64,000 nt of DNA from Octopus bimaculoides (taxonomy: Eukaryota): positions 37,815,710-37,879,709 of the forward strand of contig NC_068996.1 in NCBI RefSeq assembly GCF_001194135.2. Reading direction: 5' to 3'. Position numbers and translations under genes: made by a program. Under the pieces are notes generated by a model. That model was not told the DNA's origin and made no database searches. It was given only the letters and a program-made list of their open reading frames with translations. Shown here one piece after another: positions 51,562 to 64,000 of this stretch. How positions within the stretch are numbered: the first letter of the stretch is position 1; each line of letters begins with the position of its first letter.

Positions 51562-53009
51562 CACTGGCTCAGAGAATTGGAAAAGGTGATTGTTAACAAG
51601 TGTTTCGCCAGTATTTAGATGATGGTTGCTGATCCTACCAATATCGATAAATAGATATTGGTAGGAAGAGTAAAACTACTTTTGTTTTGCAGGACGTACT
51701 GAAACATATTTGCAATTATTAAGAAAGATTTCTGTAGAGAAAGAAAGATTGAAAAAAAATAATAAACTGATGAGCAGGGGTTATAGTTAGCGGTTTGGGA
51801 AGTAATGGAAGCGACAAGGACTTTGCATGAAGTGATCGTTGTATATAAATATGTGTGGAGCGAGACAAGCAGAATCGAAGAAGAAAATTTGGAGAAGAAA
51901 ATTTTGTCTTGGATGTGCATTGCGGAATTGGATGCAAAGCGGGCACCAAACGTGGAAGCGCTACTGTTTACAGAGCTACTCTTGTTAAGAAGTAGTGAGT
52001 AGAAGGATTCTTCAAAGTTTACAGAGATCCTCTTGGCAAGAAAGCAAAAGGATCCGTTGCAATTTAGAAGGAGGGATTGCAGGTTCTGATCATGTATGCA
52101 TTAAAACATCTTTTACTTTTTGAATAGTTCGGTAGTCTTGTAAGAATTCCATTCCTTAAGTAAATAATGGTATTTTTTTTTTGCAGTTATTGAATACATA
52201 CTTTTCGTCTGTGTTACTGCACCCTGTTCACCTTTCTGGACACTGCTGCATTCTGCTGTTTCCTGCTTCCCCCTCGTGCACCCTGGTACACGGATGTTGC
52301 TGCTACTGCTCAGAAGTATGTGAACCACTTGGATCTTTTTGGTTACGACATGCAATTGTTTGAGGGACATAAAGCGACATACTACAAAGAATGGTTTTGG
52401 CCATCTACTGATGCTACTACGTAAGGATGAAAGGTGAAGAATATTTTCTGCTAGAGAAATTAACGTAAAACTGACTTGAAATGACATCGTATCTGGGGTT
52501 TGGTAGAATTTTTCTGCAAAATCTGGGCGTGTTACGTGTTGGTGTTATTTAGTTGACTCGTATGATCCGATAGGTGTAAAGGCAGTGATAGTTTGGACAA
52601 GAAATGTAAAAGCGGTCACGGCCGTTTGCAATGCCGATGTATCGGTCAAGGACATGTGTAGGCAGCGACGCTATTTTTTGTAGAGAGTTCTGGATGGTAA
52701 AAACTTAAGTTTCTGCTCTGCAATGTCTGCGTGGGAGCAGTGCCAATTCCTAAAGAAATTGGTTAATATTAAACGTCAGCAAAGATTATGATTTCGAAAG
52801 AGGATTGAAGCAAGGTAGATGTCCTCGATATAGAACGGAATACAGTTGAGCAGTTTGTTGATGGTTGGAGGAGTTCAGAGAGCAACAAAAACAGCAGATT
52901 AATCTTAAGAGAAAGAAGGGAAGCATAGAAGAAAGAAACTGGAAGACTCTGTTACTGAAAGAGAAATGGGTAGTGGAGGGTTGGAGGGTATAACTCAGAT
53001 AAAACATAA

Positions 53010-53104
<95 letters not shown>

Positions 53105-53783
53105 TATATATATCTATAAATGCGTGGAGTTGCGTATTGCGTGTTGGATTGCAAAGTCCCCAAGAAACTTTCAAAGCGAGACGATATTCTATGCTAACTT
53201 GGAGCCTGATATACAGACATATAAATAGAAACTTTGAAAAGCAATATTTAAACTATGCAGTTGGAAAGTTGAAAAAAAAAATAACTATGGTAATATAATC
53301 TAAGATTATATCATACATCCATATTATATCACACTTTAGTGTATAAATCTTCACAAAACGAATAGAGTATGCATTTAAGAACAACGATAAATATGTGTCT
53401 GCGCTCTTATTGCGCGATAAAAAATATTGAGTGCCACACAGCGTATGTGGAGCGTTACTCAGATAGCAAGTAGCTGCACTGATATGGCATCTAGATACTA
53501 GCATCGTGTGAGTCATAAAGTGCTTCGAAAAAATGTGCACAAGGGAAGGGTGAGGTGAAGGGCCCAGATGGAGCACGTATATGAAATGCATGTACACTTT
53601 CAAAAACTGGTTTTTGCGGGCTTGCATGCAACGCCAAAAGTTTCCCATACTAAAATCCAATAATGCTTAAGGTTTAAAAGATATTTCCGTTTTTGTATTT
53701 TGATTTGCAAGATTTTTTTTACGTGAACTGGTGTGCTGAAACAACAAAGTCAAGATACTGCAAAACCTGTTTCAAAAGATTAT

Positions 53784-53835
53784 GGGAGGGTCATTATACC
53801 AATAATAAAGTCACGTACTGGTTCTGTTTCACTTC

Positions 53836-53868
<33 letters not shown>

Positions 53869-54275
53869 ACAATTGATTAGCCTATCTTGTTGATTGACCA
53901 AACACATAATCAAACAATCCATAGATAAATTTGTTAAATAAAAGGCGATTTGTTTCTCTTGGGAGGGTCATTATGCCCATAATAAGCACACGCACTGGTT
54001 TTGTTATACTTCTTTCATTATTATTAGCCAATTGGTTAACCTCCCTGATTGAGTGACCAAACAATTAAATAATCAAGTGGTTAATTTTTTAAATAAATGA
54101 CGATTTGTTGATTCTTGGGAAGGTCATTATGCCAATAATAAACACACACACTGGTTCTGTTTAACTTCTCTTATTATTATTTGTTAATTGATTAGCCTAC
54201 CTGATTGAACTGACAGAAAAATTAACCAAGCAATCAATTAGTTAAATTTTCTTTTAATAAATGATGATTCTAAAC
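53784..54275. repeat. Tandem repeat, 3 units of about 155-177 bp
   Basis: gggaRggtcattatRcc.ataataa...actggtt units start at 53784, 53961 and 54117, each with an internal (ATT)n of variable length. Confidence 0.8.
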
Positions 54276-54464
54276 AGCCATAGCTATTCAGAATCACGAC
54301 GGAGAACGAATGGAGTCATTGATGACTCTATTCAATGCATGTAATATTCTGCTTCTTTCAAGAACACTATTAATTCACGAAACGTGGCGGACAAATTAGC
54401 TATCTTGGATAAAATCCTTGAAAAAGTCAAAGCTCTCTATAGCATTTATTGATTTGATTTTTGA

Positions 54465-54605
54465 TTGTCAGGTAAGAAGTTTGTTTCCCAACTGAGTTCA
54501 CTTCCACAGTTTGGCACCTTGGGCAAAGGTGTTCTACTATAGTTCTGGGCCGACCAAAGCCTTGTCAGTGGATTTGGAAAACAAAAACTGAAAGAAGCCC
54601 GTTGT
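54465..54605 (+). mobile_element. SINE family A 5' fragment
   Basis: ggcaccttgggcaaagg...gggccgaccaaagccttg...ctgaaagaagcccg. Confidence 0.7.
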
Positions 54606-54787
54606 GTACACATACACACACGCGCGCGTGCGTGTGTACGTGGGTGTGTAAAATGACAAAGGAACGGGAAATTGAGCAGTGAACTTATTATTTAATTTCA
54701 TATTACACAACTAATGCTTTTTCTGAAATATATTCATATTAAGTTCTAACAGTAGGTTATTAGTATCACTATGCCTAAGAAAACATC

Positions 54788-54826
<39 letters not shown>

Positions 54827-54829
<3 letters not shown>

Positions 54830-55928
54830 GGGTTTGAGAAAATAATGGAAATACCTTAAAATTTCAAACAAATTTATCCTAATATGGGGTAGGACCGCCT
54901 TTGGCAGGAATTACAGCTTGAATTCTACGGGGTATGGACTCGTACAAAGTTTGAATTGTTTCCAAAAGAATTTTTGTCCATTCTTCAGCTAAAACAGTCT
55001 CCAGTTCTTGTAGTGATGATGGTGGAGGATATCGACTCCTTACTTGTTTTTCTAAAATGCACCATAAATGTTCAATNNNNNNNNNNTACAACTTTAGCTG
55101 TGTGAATTGGTGCCTTATCATCCTGAAAGATTGCGTTTCTCTCCGGAAACAGTTCCACAACCATAGGATGAATTTGATCAGATAAAATGCTTAAATAGTC
55201 TTGACTATTAATTCTACCATGAAGGGAAACCATTGAGCCGGCAGATATCCAAGATATAGCCCCCCAGATCATCACAGATCCTCCTGCATGTTTAACAGTT
55301 GGAAGAAGACAGTGTGGGTCAAATGCTTCTTTTGGCTGTCTCCACACGTATACTCGGCCGGTGATCGGAAATAAGGTAAAGTACAACTCGTCTGAGAAAA
55401 GAACATTCTTCCACTGCTCTAGGGACTAATTCTGTAGGTTTTTACTCCACTCTAAACGCTTTGCAACGTTTGTTTTCTGATTGCAGTCCTCTGATTGTTT
55501 TCTGATTGTAACCCTCTCGTGAAATCCGGCTTTATGCAGCTCCCGGTGAGCAGTTTTTGTGAGCAGTAATTTCGGGAGCTGTACTTTTGTGATCCTTTCT
55601 AACAATTCGTGTTAGAGTCCGACGGTCCCTATCTGAAAGTTTTGGTCTTCTTCCGGAGTTTTGTTTCGACAAGGAGGTTTTTTCCCTCTTTCTCAAAGGC
55701 TGTCATTAATTTTGAGACAGTACTTCTTGATACACCAAACATTTCGGCTGTTTTCGTGACGCTAGCGCCTCCCACACGAGCACCAACAATTTGACCTCTT
55801 TGAAAGTCCGTCATTTTAATGAATTTTAATTACCTTTTTTGATATCTGAAAAGAAACAGCAATTTTAGCAAAACATATTAAGCAACACTATTAATAAATC
55901 AAAAAACAAAAATAAACAATCTCTTGAC
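54827..55928 (-). mobile_element. Tc1-family DNA transposon with degraded transposase
   Basis: TIR caggggtttgagaaaataatggaaatacc follows (TA)n. Minus frames give MTDFQRGQIVGAR, FSDE, PTVKHAGGSVMIWG, FQDDKAPIH, IEHLW and RIQAV..KGGPTPY. The other end lies in the N gap; D-E spacing cannot be counted because of the gap at 55077-55086. Confidence 0.9.
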
Positions 55929-56834
55929 NNNNNNNNNNNNNNNNNNNNNNNNNNNNNNNNNNNNNNNNNNNNNNNNNNNNNNNNNNNNNNNNNNNNNNNN
56001 NNNNNNNNNNNNNNNNNNNNNNNNNNNNNNNNNNNNNNNNNNNNNNNNNNNNNNNNNNNNNNNNNNNNNNNNNNNNNNNNNNNNNNNNNNNNNNNNNNNN
56101 NNNNNNNNNNNNNNNNNNNNNNNNNNNNNNNNNNNNNNNNNNNNNNNNNNNNNNNNNNNNNNNNNNNNNNNNNNNNNNNNNNNNNNNNNNNNNNNNNNNN
56201 NNNNNNNNNNNNNNNNNNNNNNNNNNNNNNNNNNNNNNNNNNNNNNNNNNNNNNNNNNNNNNNNNNNNNNNNNNNNNNNNNNNNNNNNNNNNNNNNNNNN
56301 NNNNNNNNNNNNNNNNNNNNNNNNNNNNNNNNNNNNNNNNNNNNNNNNNNNNNNNNNNNNNNNNNNNNNNNNNNNNNNNNNNNNNNNNNNNNNNNNNNNN
56401 NNNNNNNNNNNNNNNNNNNNNNNNNNNNNNNNNNNNNNNNNNNNNNNNNNNNNNNNNNNNNNNNNNNNNNNNNNNNNNNNNNNNNNNNNNNNNNNNNNNN
56501 NNNNNNNNNNNNNNNNNNNNNNNNNNNNNNNNNNNNNNNNNNNNNNNNNNNNNNNNNNNNNNNNNNNNNNNNNNNNNNNNNNNNNNNNNNNNNNNNNNNN
56601 NNNNNNNNNNNNNNNNNNNNNNNNNNNNNNNNNNNNNNNNNNNNNNNNNTAGTTCAATGAGTGAAACAAGTAAAAGGTAAAAGAAAGAATACATGTTGGC
56701 TTGTATTTATCGTACATCATGAATACATTCGAACGCAAGTATGCTAATCGTTGCTGCGTTTCGTCACAGGAGAACAACTTCACCTTTACGCCGACTACGT
56801 GTTCATAATACACTCAGTATATTTGTACAAGGAA

Positions 56835-56880
56835 ATCTGGAACATCGGTGTTTCGACATGTTGTGTCGCGTCAGACAGAA
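56835..56880 (-). ncRNA. Type I hammerhead-ribozyme-like fold (variant core)
   Basis: Minus: UUCUGU CUGACGC GACA caaca UGUC GAA ACA ccga UGU U CCAGAU. Stem II 4/4, stem III 3/3, stem I 4/5; A9 is replaced by C. Confidence 0.5.
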
Positions 56881-57264
56881 ATAACTTTGCTTCAATGAAT
56901 ATAATAAAAGCCGATGGTCTTGTTTGTGATTTCAGTGAACAAACTATTTGCTGATCGGTGCTGATACTTGCCAACCTATAATGAAGATCGTCTGCATGCT
57001 GAACAGCAAGATTTCTTAACTATGACTTGTACATATTTATTCCTGATGCGCTCTGGCAGAATCGTAACGCAATGAAATTCTTTTTATATGATATTTTAAC
57101 GATATTTCTTTCTTTCATTTTCGTAAAAGAGTTATTTTTGTTTAAGTACTTGTTTTGCAAGATTCTTGATGTGAAATCGTGTGTTGAAACAGATATTGTT
57201 ATAAATGGAGATGATCGTTTTTGCCAATAAACGCACACACTATTTATTTGATCATCACCTTAGC

Positions 57265-57267
57265 TTT

Positions 57268-57302
<35 letters not shown>

Positions 57303-57310
57303 TACTGCTA

Positions 57311-57371
<61 letters not shown>

Positions 57372-57382
57372 CATTATTATTA

Positions 57383-57453
<71 letters not shown>

Positions 57454-57560
57454 TGTCAGAGTACTTTCGTCACTCATTGAGAGAAGAAGAGACACCAGAA
57501 GCAACAGAAAGTTACTGAAGAAATCACAGAAAGCGTGATGAAAGAACTCTAAGAAATAAC

Positions 57561-57622
<62 letters not shown>
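57265..57622. repeat. (CAT)n/(ATT)n and (AAT)n trinucleotide arrays
   Basis: Read directly. Confidence 0.95.
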
Positions 57623-57884
57623 TGACGATAATGACGGTCGCTTCCGTCGGTTTCGACGTAGGAGTGAAGGAGAGGATTAATGTTAAAGCGAGTAATAGAA
57701 AGAAAGAAAGAAACAAACAAACAAACAAAAAGAAAGAAAGAAAACCATTAAGAAGCTGCATCTGTTTGCGATGGATACAGTAATGTGATTTCAGTGCAGG
57801 TATGGATTTTGCTATGAAGTCGAAATGGGGACATTGATAATTTTGATTTTGCCTGGAATTGGGCAAATATGTCTGTTGATATAG

Positions 57885-58245
57885 TTCTTCTATTGTTCTT
57901 TTTCTTCAACTCAAATTGTCTTGATGCATCATGTCACATTTTACGCCATGCAGACCAATCTAAGCAATGACTTTCCCAAGATGTCAAGTTAAGCTGTAGA
58001 GATTTTAACTTATCCTTATACCTAAGAACAGGTCTTCCTTTGACGAGATATCCCTCCATTTGTTGGTCATAGAGAACGATTTTCGGAATGCGCTCATTTT
58101 TCATTCAAACAACATGTCCTATCCATCTTCACTGAATTTTCGTCAGCATGCTTTCTATACTAGAGAAATCACCTATTTCTGAGATTTTGTCATTGGATAT
58201 CTTATCTTGCCAGCTTATGCTGCATATGTTGCGCAAGATCAACTA
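57885..58245 (-). mobile_element. RTE-clade (BovB/RTE-1-like) LINE 3' fragment
   Basis: ILRNICSISWQDKISN...RWIGHVV.MKNERIPKIVLY...GRPVLRYKDKLK...WR. Confidence 0.85.
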
Positions 58246-58249
58246 AATA

Positions 58250-59010
58250 TTGCGTGGCTGTGTGGTAAGTAGCTTGCTTACAAACCGTGTGGTTCCGAGT
58301 TCAGTCCCACTGCGTGGCACCTTGGGCAAGTGTCTTCTACTATAGCCTCGGGCCGACCAAAGCCTTGTGAGTGGATTTGGTTGGCGGAAACTGAAAGAAG
58401 CCCGTCGTATATATGTAAAGTCTGTCATACCGGCCATGACGAAGGAAAATAGCCCTGAAACTCGAGTCGCCTTTATATATATATATTTATATTTATATAT
58501 TTGATCCTTTATATTGAACACTCAATATTTCATCTACATTCAATACTTTCTTTCATGGTGCCATCCATTTTTATTTTATTTTATTTTATATTGTATATTG
58601 TATATTATATTATATATTGTATATTCCATATTCTATACTCCACATTGCTTCTGCAGGAATATAAATAAAACATAAAAAACAGACAGTGTTGGAACTCTTT
58701 TAAACTAAATAATATATTCCTCTATACACAATCATACAAAAAACCCCACCTTTTTTGTATTTATTTTTACTCGCATATATATATATATATCAACTTTAAA
58801 TAGAGCTCAAAATTGATCCGTTATATATATATATATGAATTCGTGTGTATATGTTGTGTATCTGTATTTGTCCCCCCAACATCGCTTGACAACTGATGCT
58901 GGTGTGTTTATGTCCCCGTAACCTAGCGGTTCGGCAAAGATTCGACTAAAGGTGGTGCTCCAGCATGGCCGCAGTCAAATAACTGTAAAAAGTAAAAGAA
59001 TAAAGGAAAA
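58250..59010 (+). mobile_element. SINE family A head (58250-58410) and tail (58845-59010) separated by about 430 bp of AT-rich sequence
   Basis: Both halves match family A in the same orientation. Confidence 0.7.
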
Positions 59011-59319
59011 GAAAATCCCCGAATATAAGAATAATTTTAGTGTTGTCTTAAATACTTCGAGGAAATACTTAGAGACTTATACATTGGCTTATCGTCATTT
59101 CACATCAGTAGGATAACGGGTTCAGTGGTGACCGGATGACATGTCGATTGTTTCACACGGAGGTGTTTGAAAGATAATTGAAGGTACAAATCTACAACAC
59201 ATTCGAGGCACAAATTACAACAGTAGATGTCTAATAACAACTGCAATGACTTTGGATAAACATCAAATACAAATATAGGACCTGTGTGTATATATATAAA
59301 TAATGTCTAACTGGATATA

Positions 59320-60300
<981 letters not shown>

Positions 60301-60364
60301 TTATTTTCAGTAAAACAGCCATTAGATAAGATTCAACAAATGTTATCAATTCAAATACTTTCTG

Positions 60365-61621
60365 TTATTGACAGGTATCGACTGGATTTCGCTGATATGC
60401 CAGTGTAGACCTGATCAAACCGCATCGGGTCATCCAGATCGTATCTAGGTAGGGTATTCTGTAGAGTAGCAGATAAGGATAGCCTAAGCTGTCCACAATT
60501 TAAAGTAGTCGACTACACAGATCACAAATCCGTGATCAGTACAGTCGACTTAGATAGGTTTCATAGACAGGGACCCGGCTACTGGAAACTGAACACGTCG
60601 TTGCCGACGCGTAAAGATTTCAGATACCGGGTTAGTGAACTAGTTGAAGGCGGCAATAATCTAGAATAAATGATGGTTCGCCCTGAAAAGGGCGATTAGA
60701 ATAGAAGTGATAAGGTCTTGCAGAGGACTATCAGTAGAAAGAAACAGAGTAGGGGCAGAACTAGTCAAAAAGTTTGATGAGGCTTTTAGGAAAGGCATCG
60801 CGACCGACGTGCTCGCAGCGAAACTGGCACTCGACCAATTCTTCAACGCGAAACACGAAGGTTGCGTTGTCAGAGCTAAGGCATGAGCACTTAGACACGA
60901 AGGGACGAAAGCCGTTGAATGGGCCCGAGTGACTGAGGCACAGCGCGGCAATAAATCCTCGAACCGATCCTTGCCGGACCACGACGGACAAATGATAACT
61001 GATCTGAGACATATGTACGGCCTTTCAGCAGCGCTTTGCTCAACTGTTCGGGAGAAGCAGTGAGCCGGGTCGCAGGACGGATTTCACATCCTACCTCAAC
61101 GGTAGCCTTTGAAATACGAGAAGCATTGGCTAGTTGCACGAGGGGTAAATCGCCTGGTTTGGCTGGTCTGCTCTACGAGCTTTACGCTTACATGTCAGAC
61201 TTGTTCGGCGACGTCTTAGGAAATGATTACTGCAATTGGCAAGAGAATGGGAGAATTCCCAGTTTTGTGAGCAGTGGAATGGTGACGTTGCTGAGAAAAG
61301 ACCAGAACAAGGAGGAATGTGTTGACAACCTTAGGCCCATAACTCTGCTGAATACAGTGTTCAAACTTTTGGCCAAGATGTTAGCTACGAGGTTGGCGCT
61401 TGTTGTCGGGGATCTGGTAGGGGAAGCACAGACCTGCGCCATGCCGAAAAGATCAATGCACGACAACCTCCACCTCATACGACATATCATTGAGAAAGTG
61501 GTTAAAGAACCTGGCACGTGTGGGGCCCTGATCAATTTTGATCAGTCTAAAGCTTTCGATAGATTCGACCATCTATACCTGGCGGCGGTCCTCAAAGTAG
61601 CTGATTTCGAACCTGTATTCA
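60365..61621 (+). mobile_element. Tx1/L1-clade LINE ORF2 fragment (end of APE endonuclease, linker, RT N-half)
   Basis: SRSYLGRV...YTDHK...GPGYWKLNTSL; EGCVVRAK; KSPG..GL.YELY...NLRPITLLN..FKLLAK...DQSKAFDR. Several stops; runs into the N gap. Confidence 0.9.
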
Positions 61622-61742
61622 NNNNNNNNNNNNNNNNNNNNNNNNNNNNNNNNNNNNNNNNNNNNNNNNNNNNNNNNNNNNNNNNNNNNNNNNNNNNNNN
61701 NNNNNNNNNNNNNNNNNNNNNNNNNNNNNNNNNNNNNNNNNN

Positions 61743-62280
<538 letters not shown>

Positions 62281-62639
62281 TATTACCATATGTACGCCTG
62301 CCGTGGTTATTTATTTTTATAGAATCACAGGTCATGCAAGTATTTGAAAAAGTGACATTTTTCAAATAGGATGAAAGGAAGTTAATTGTTTACATTGGCT
62401 GAATGACGAGGAAATCCTGGTTTCTGGTTCTTGTTTAACCCTGAGACATCTCTTATGGAGGAAGCAGACCTTCCATCAAAACGTATTCCAGTCCTTGACA
62501 GGCAATTTTTGCTCGAAGCATACTGTATCCAGGATAATAGTTCCCAATGTTATCCTGCTATCATATTTAAGTCTGTAGGGTGAGATATGAGAGAGATTTG
62601 GCTGCGATTTCTAGCAGTTCATGCGACCACGGAGAAGTT

Positions 62640-62811
62640 TCTTCCTGGTTGTTATCATTGATATTGTTGTTGCTGTTGTTATTGTTGTTATTGTTGTTGC
62701 TGTGGTGATTATTGTTGTTGACGATAGCGGTGATAACGATGAAAACCACGACGACGACAAAAATGGCATCAACGATTACGATGATGGTGATGATGATGAT
62801 GATGATGATCA

Positions 62812-62846
<35 letters not shown>

Positions 62847-63140
62847 CGACGACGACGACGACGACAGTAATGATGGTGTCGGTGGTGGTGGTGATGATGG
62901 TGATGATGATGACGAAAACGACGACAGTGGTGACGATGGTGAAAATGATGATGATGACGACTACGACGACCATTACGTCGATGATGATGATGAGGAGGAG
63001 GAGGAGGAGGAGGAAAGGAAGGAGGAAGAAAAGTTGATGGTGTGTTGACAATGATCATACGACGACGATGATGACGTTGATGAGGATGAGAATGATGATG
63101 ATGATGACGACGACGACGACGACGACAGTGATAATGATAT
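62640..63140. repeat. (GTT/GAT/GAC)n trinucleotide low-complexity block
   Basis: Read directly. Confidence 0.9.
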
Positions 63141-63164
63141 TTTTTTTATTGTTTGGTTATGTCG

Positions 63165-63340
63165 TGGTCGACATATTCAAATGGAGAATCGTAGGGAGAT
63201 CCTTGTCATATGTAAATGGATCTAACAAATGCAACTTATGCTTTGCTGAAAGACAGCACATTCTTTTTCGATCAAAGGATTCCGTTGCACTCCTTAAGTC
63301 CAGATCCAAAATTTTTACCAAGTGCAAGAATACGGAGTTT
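63165..63340 (+). mobile_element. Penelope-like element, C-terminal part of the GIY-YIG endonuclease region
   Basis: IFKWRIVGRSLSYVNGSNKCNLCFAERQHIL...LLKSRSKIFTKC matches the Penelope pattern W.I......Y.NG.K.C.LCL.EK..I...LLN.RSE....C. Confidence 0.7.
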
Positions 63341-63699
63341 TTTTTCTTTTCTTTTGGCGAACTGGAGAACACCACTCTCTCAGGATTGAGCAGCTGTCTC
63401 GCAGACTTTGGGCCCCACACTGCTTATCTATTCTTCAACTATTTTAATTATGACTTTTATCGCCCAAGGGGAGGTAACTCCAGTTTTCTTTCTTTTCCAA
63501 TTTTTCACCCAACCACTTTTTGCATCAACCTTTTCGTTTTTTCTCGTGATCTTTCGAGATACAAAGCGTGTTATAAAAACCAGCCTAGATACGTGTCGCC
63601 AAAGCAAGAAACTATTAGTAGCTCGTATCTTTATACTGTGTATATTAAAAGATACCTATCCCTCACTGGATGGAGTACTAACTAACAAAACAGTTAACT

Positions 63700-63990
63700 A
63701 GTAGCTGTATGGTACGAAACTTGCTTCCCAGTTTCAGGGTCCCAGATTCAATCCCACTATGTGGAATTTTTGGCAGGTGTCTCTTAATATAGCCTCGGCC
63801 AAATAAACATTGTGAGTGGATTTGATAGACGAAAGCTAAAAGAAGCCAGTCGTGTATGTATATGTAAATGTGTGTGTATATATGTTCACGCGTGTGTGTG
63901 CCTTCATCTCTGTGTTTTTCGCCCACCACCGTTTGAAAACCGGTGTTGGTGTGTTTACGTCTCCGTAAATTAGTTTGTAGAATAACTGCA
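63700..63990 (+). mobile_element. SINE family A, decayed
   Basis: tatagcctcggcc...gtgagtggatttgatagacgaaagctaaaagaagcc...ggtgtgtttacgtc. Confidence 0.7.
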
Positions 63991-64000
63991 AGGCTTTTAA

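Noticed and set aside
51600-52980. Possible CR1/L2 reverse transcriptase remnant on the minus strand (IIFAD-like motif)
   Set aside because: Too degenerate to support by eye; needs a Dfam/RepeatMasker or tblastx search.
53784-54275. Repeat-spacer-like periodicity suggesting CRISPR
   Set aside because: Whole units are homologous, with no unique spacers; eukaryotic context and no cas genes.

Overview
AT-rich, microsatellite- and repeat-dense eukaryotic genomic DNA with many N gaps. The repeat landscape points to a coleoid cephalopod, most likely an Octopus draft assembly (inference). The only host gene I can support is the 3' half of an FCHSD2/nervous wreck (nwk)-type F-BAR + double-SH3 gene on the + strand, 2344 to about 29.3 kb. 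I reconstructed nine coding exons by hand from GT-AG sites. Phases agree through the 28634-29169 exon; the terminal junction is ambiguous. The F-BAR exons lie upstream of the window. The rest is transposon debris: several tRNA-headed SINE families, RTE, Tx1/L1 and Penelope retroelement fragments, a near-full-length broken Tigger/pogo element, a Tc1 element, an internally deleted mariner, hAT- and TA-type MITEs, and simple repeats. There is no CRISPR array, rRNA or true tRNA gene. The most interesting observations are: (i) internal splice donors, NAGNAG and phase relationships that could toggle a 125-aa inter-SH3 linker and switch C-termini; (ii) hammerhead-ribozyme-like folds at 56.8 kb and 40.5 kb; (iii) an apparent CpG-decay contrast between repeats inside and outside the gene body; (iv) a 1-kb inverted/direct mosaic at 39-40 kb; (v) long intronic hairpins that could be ADAR substrates. 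All of these are hypotheses from manual reading. Repeat boundaries are approximate unless TIRs or TSDs are quoted.
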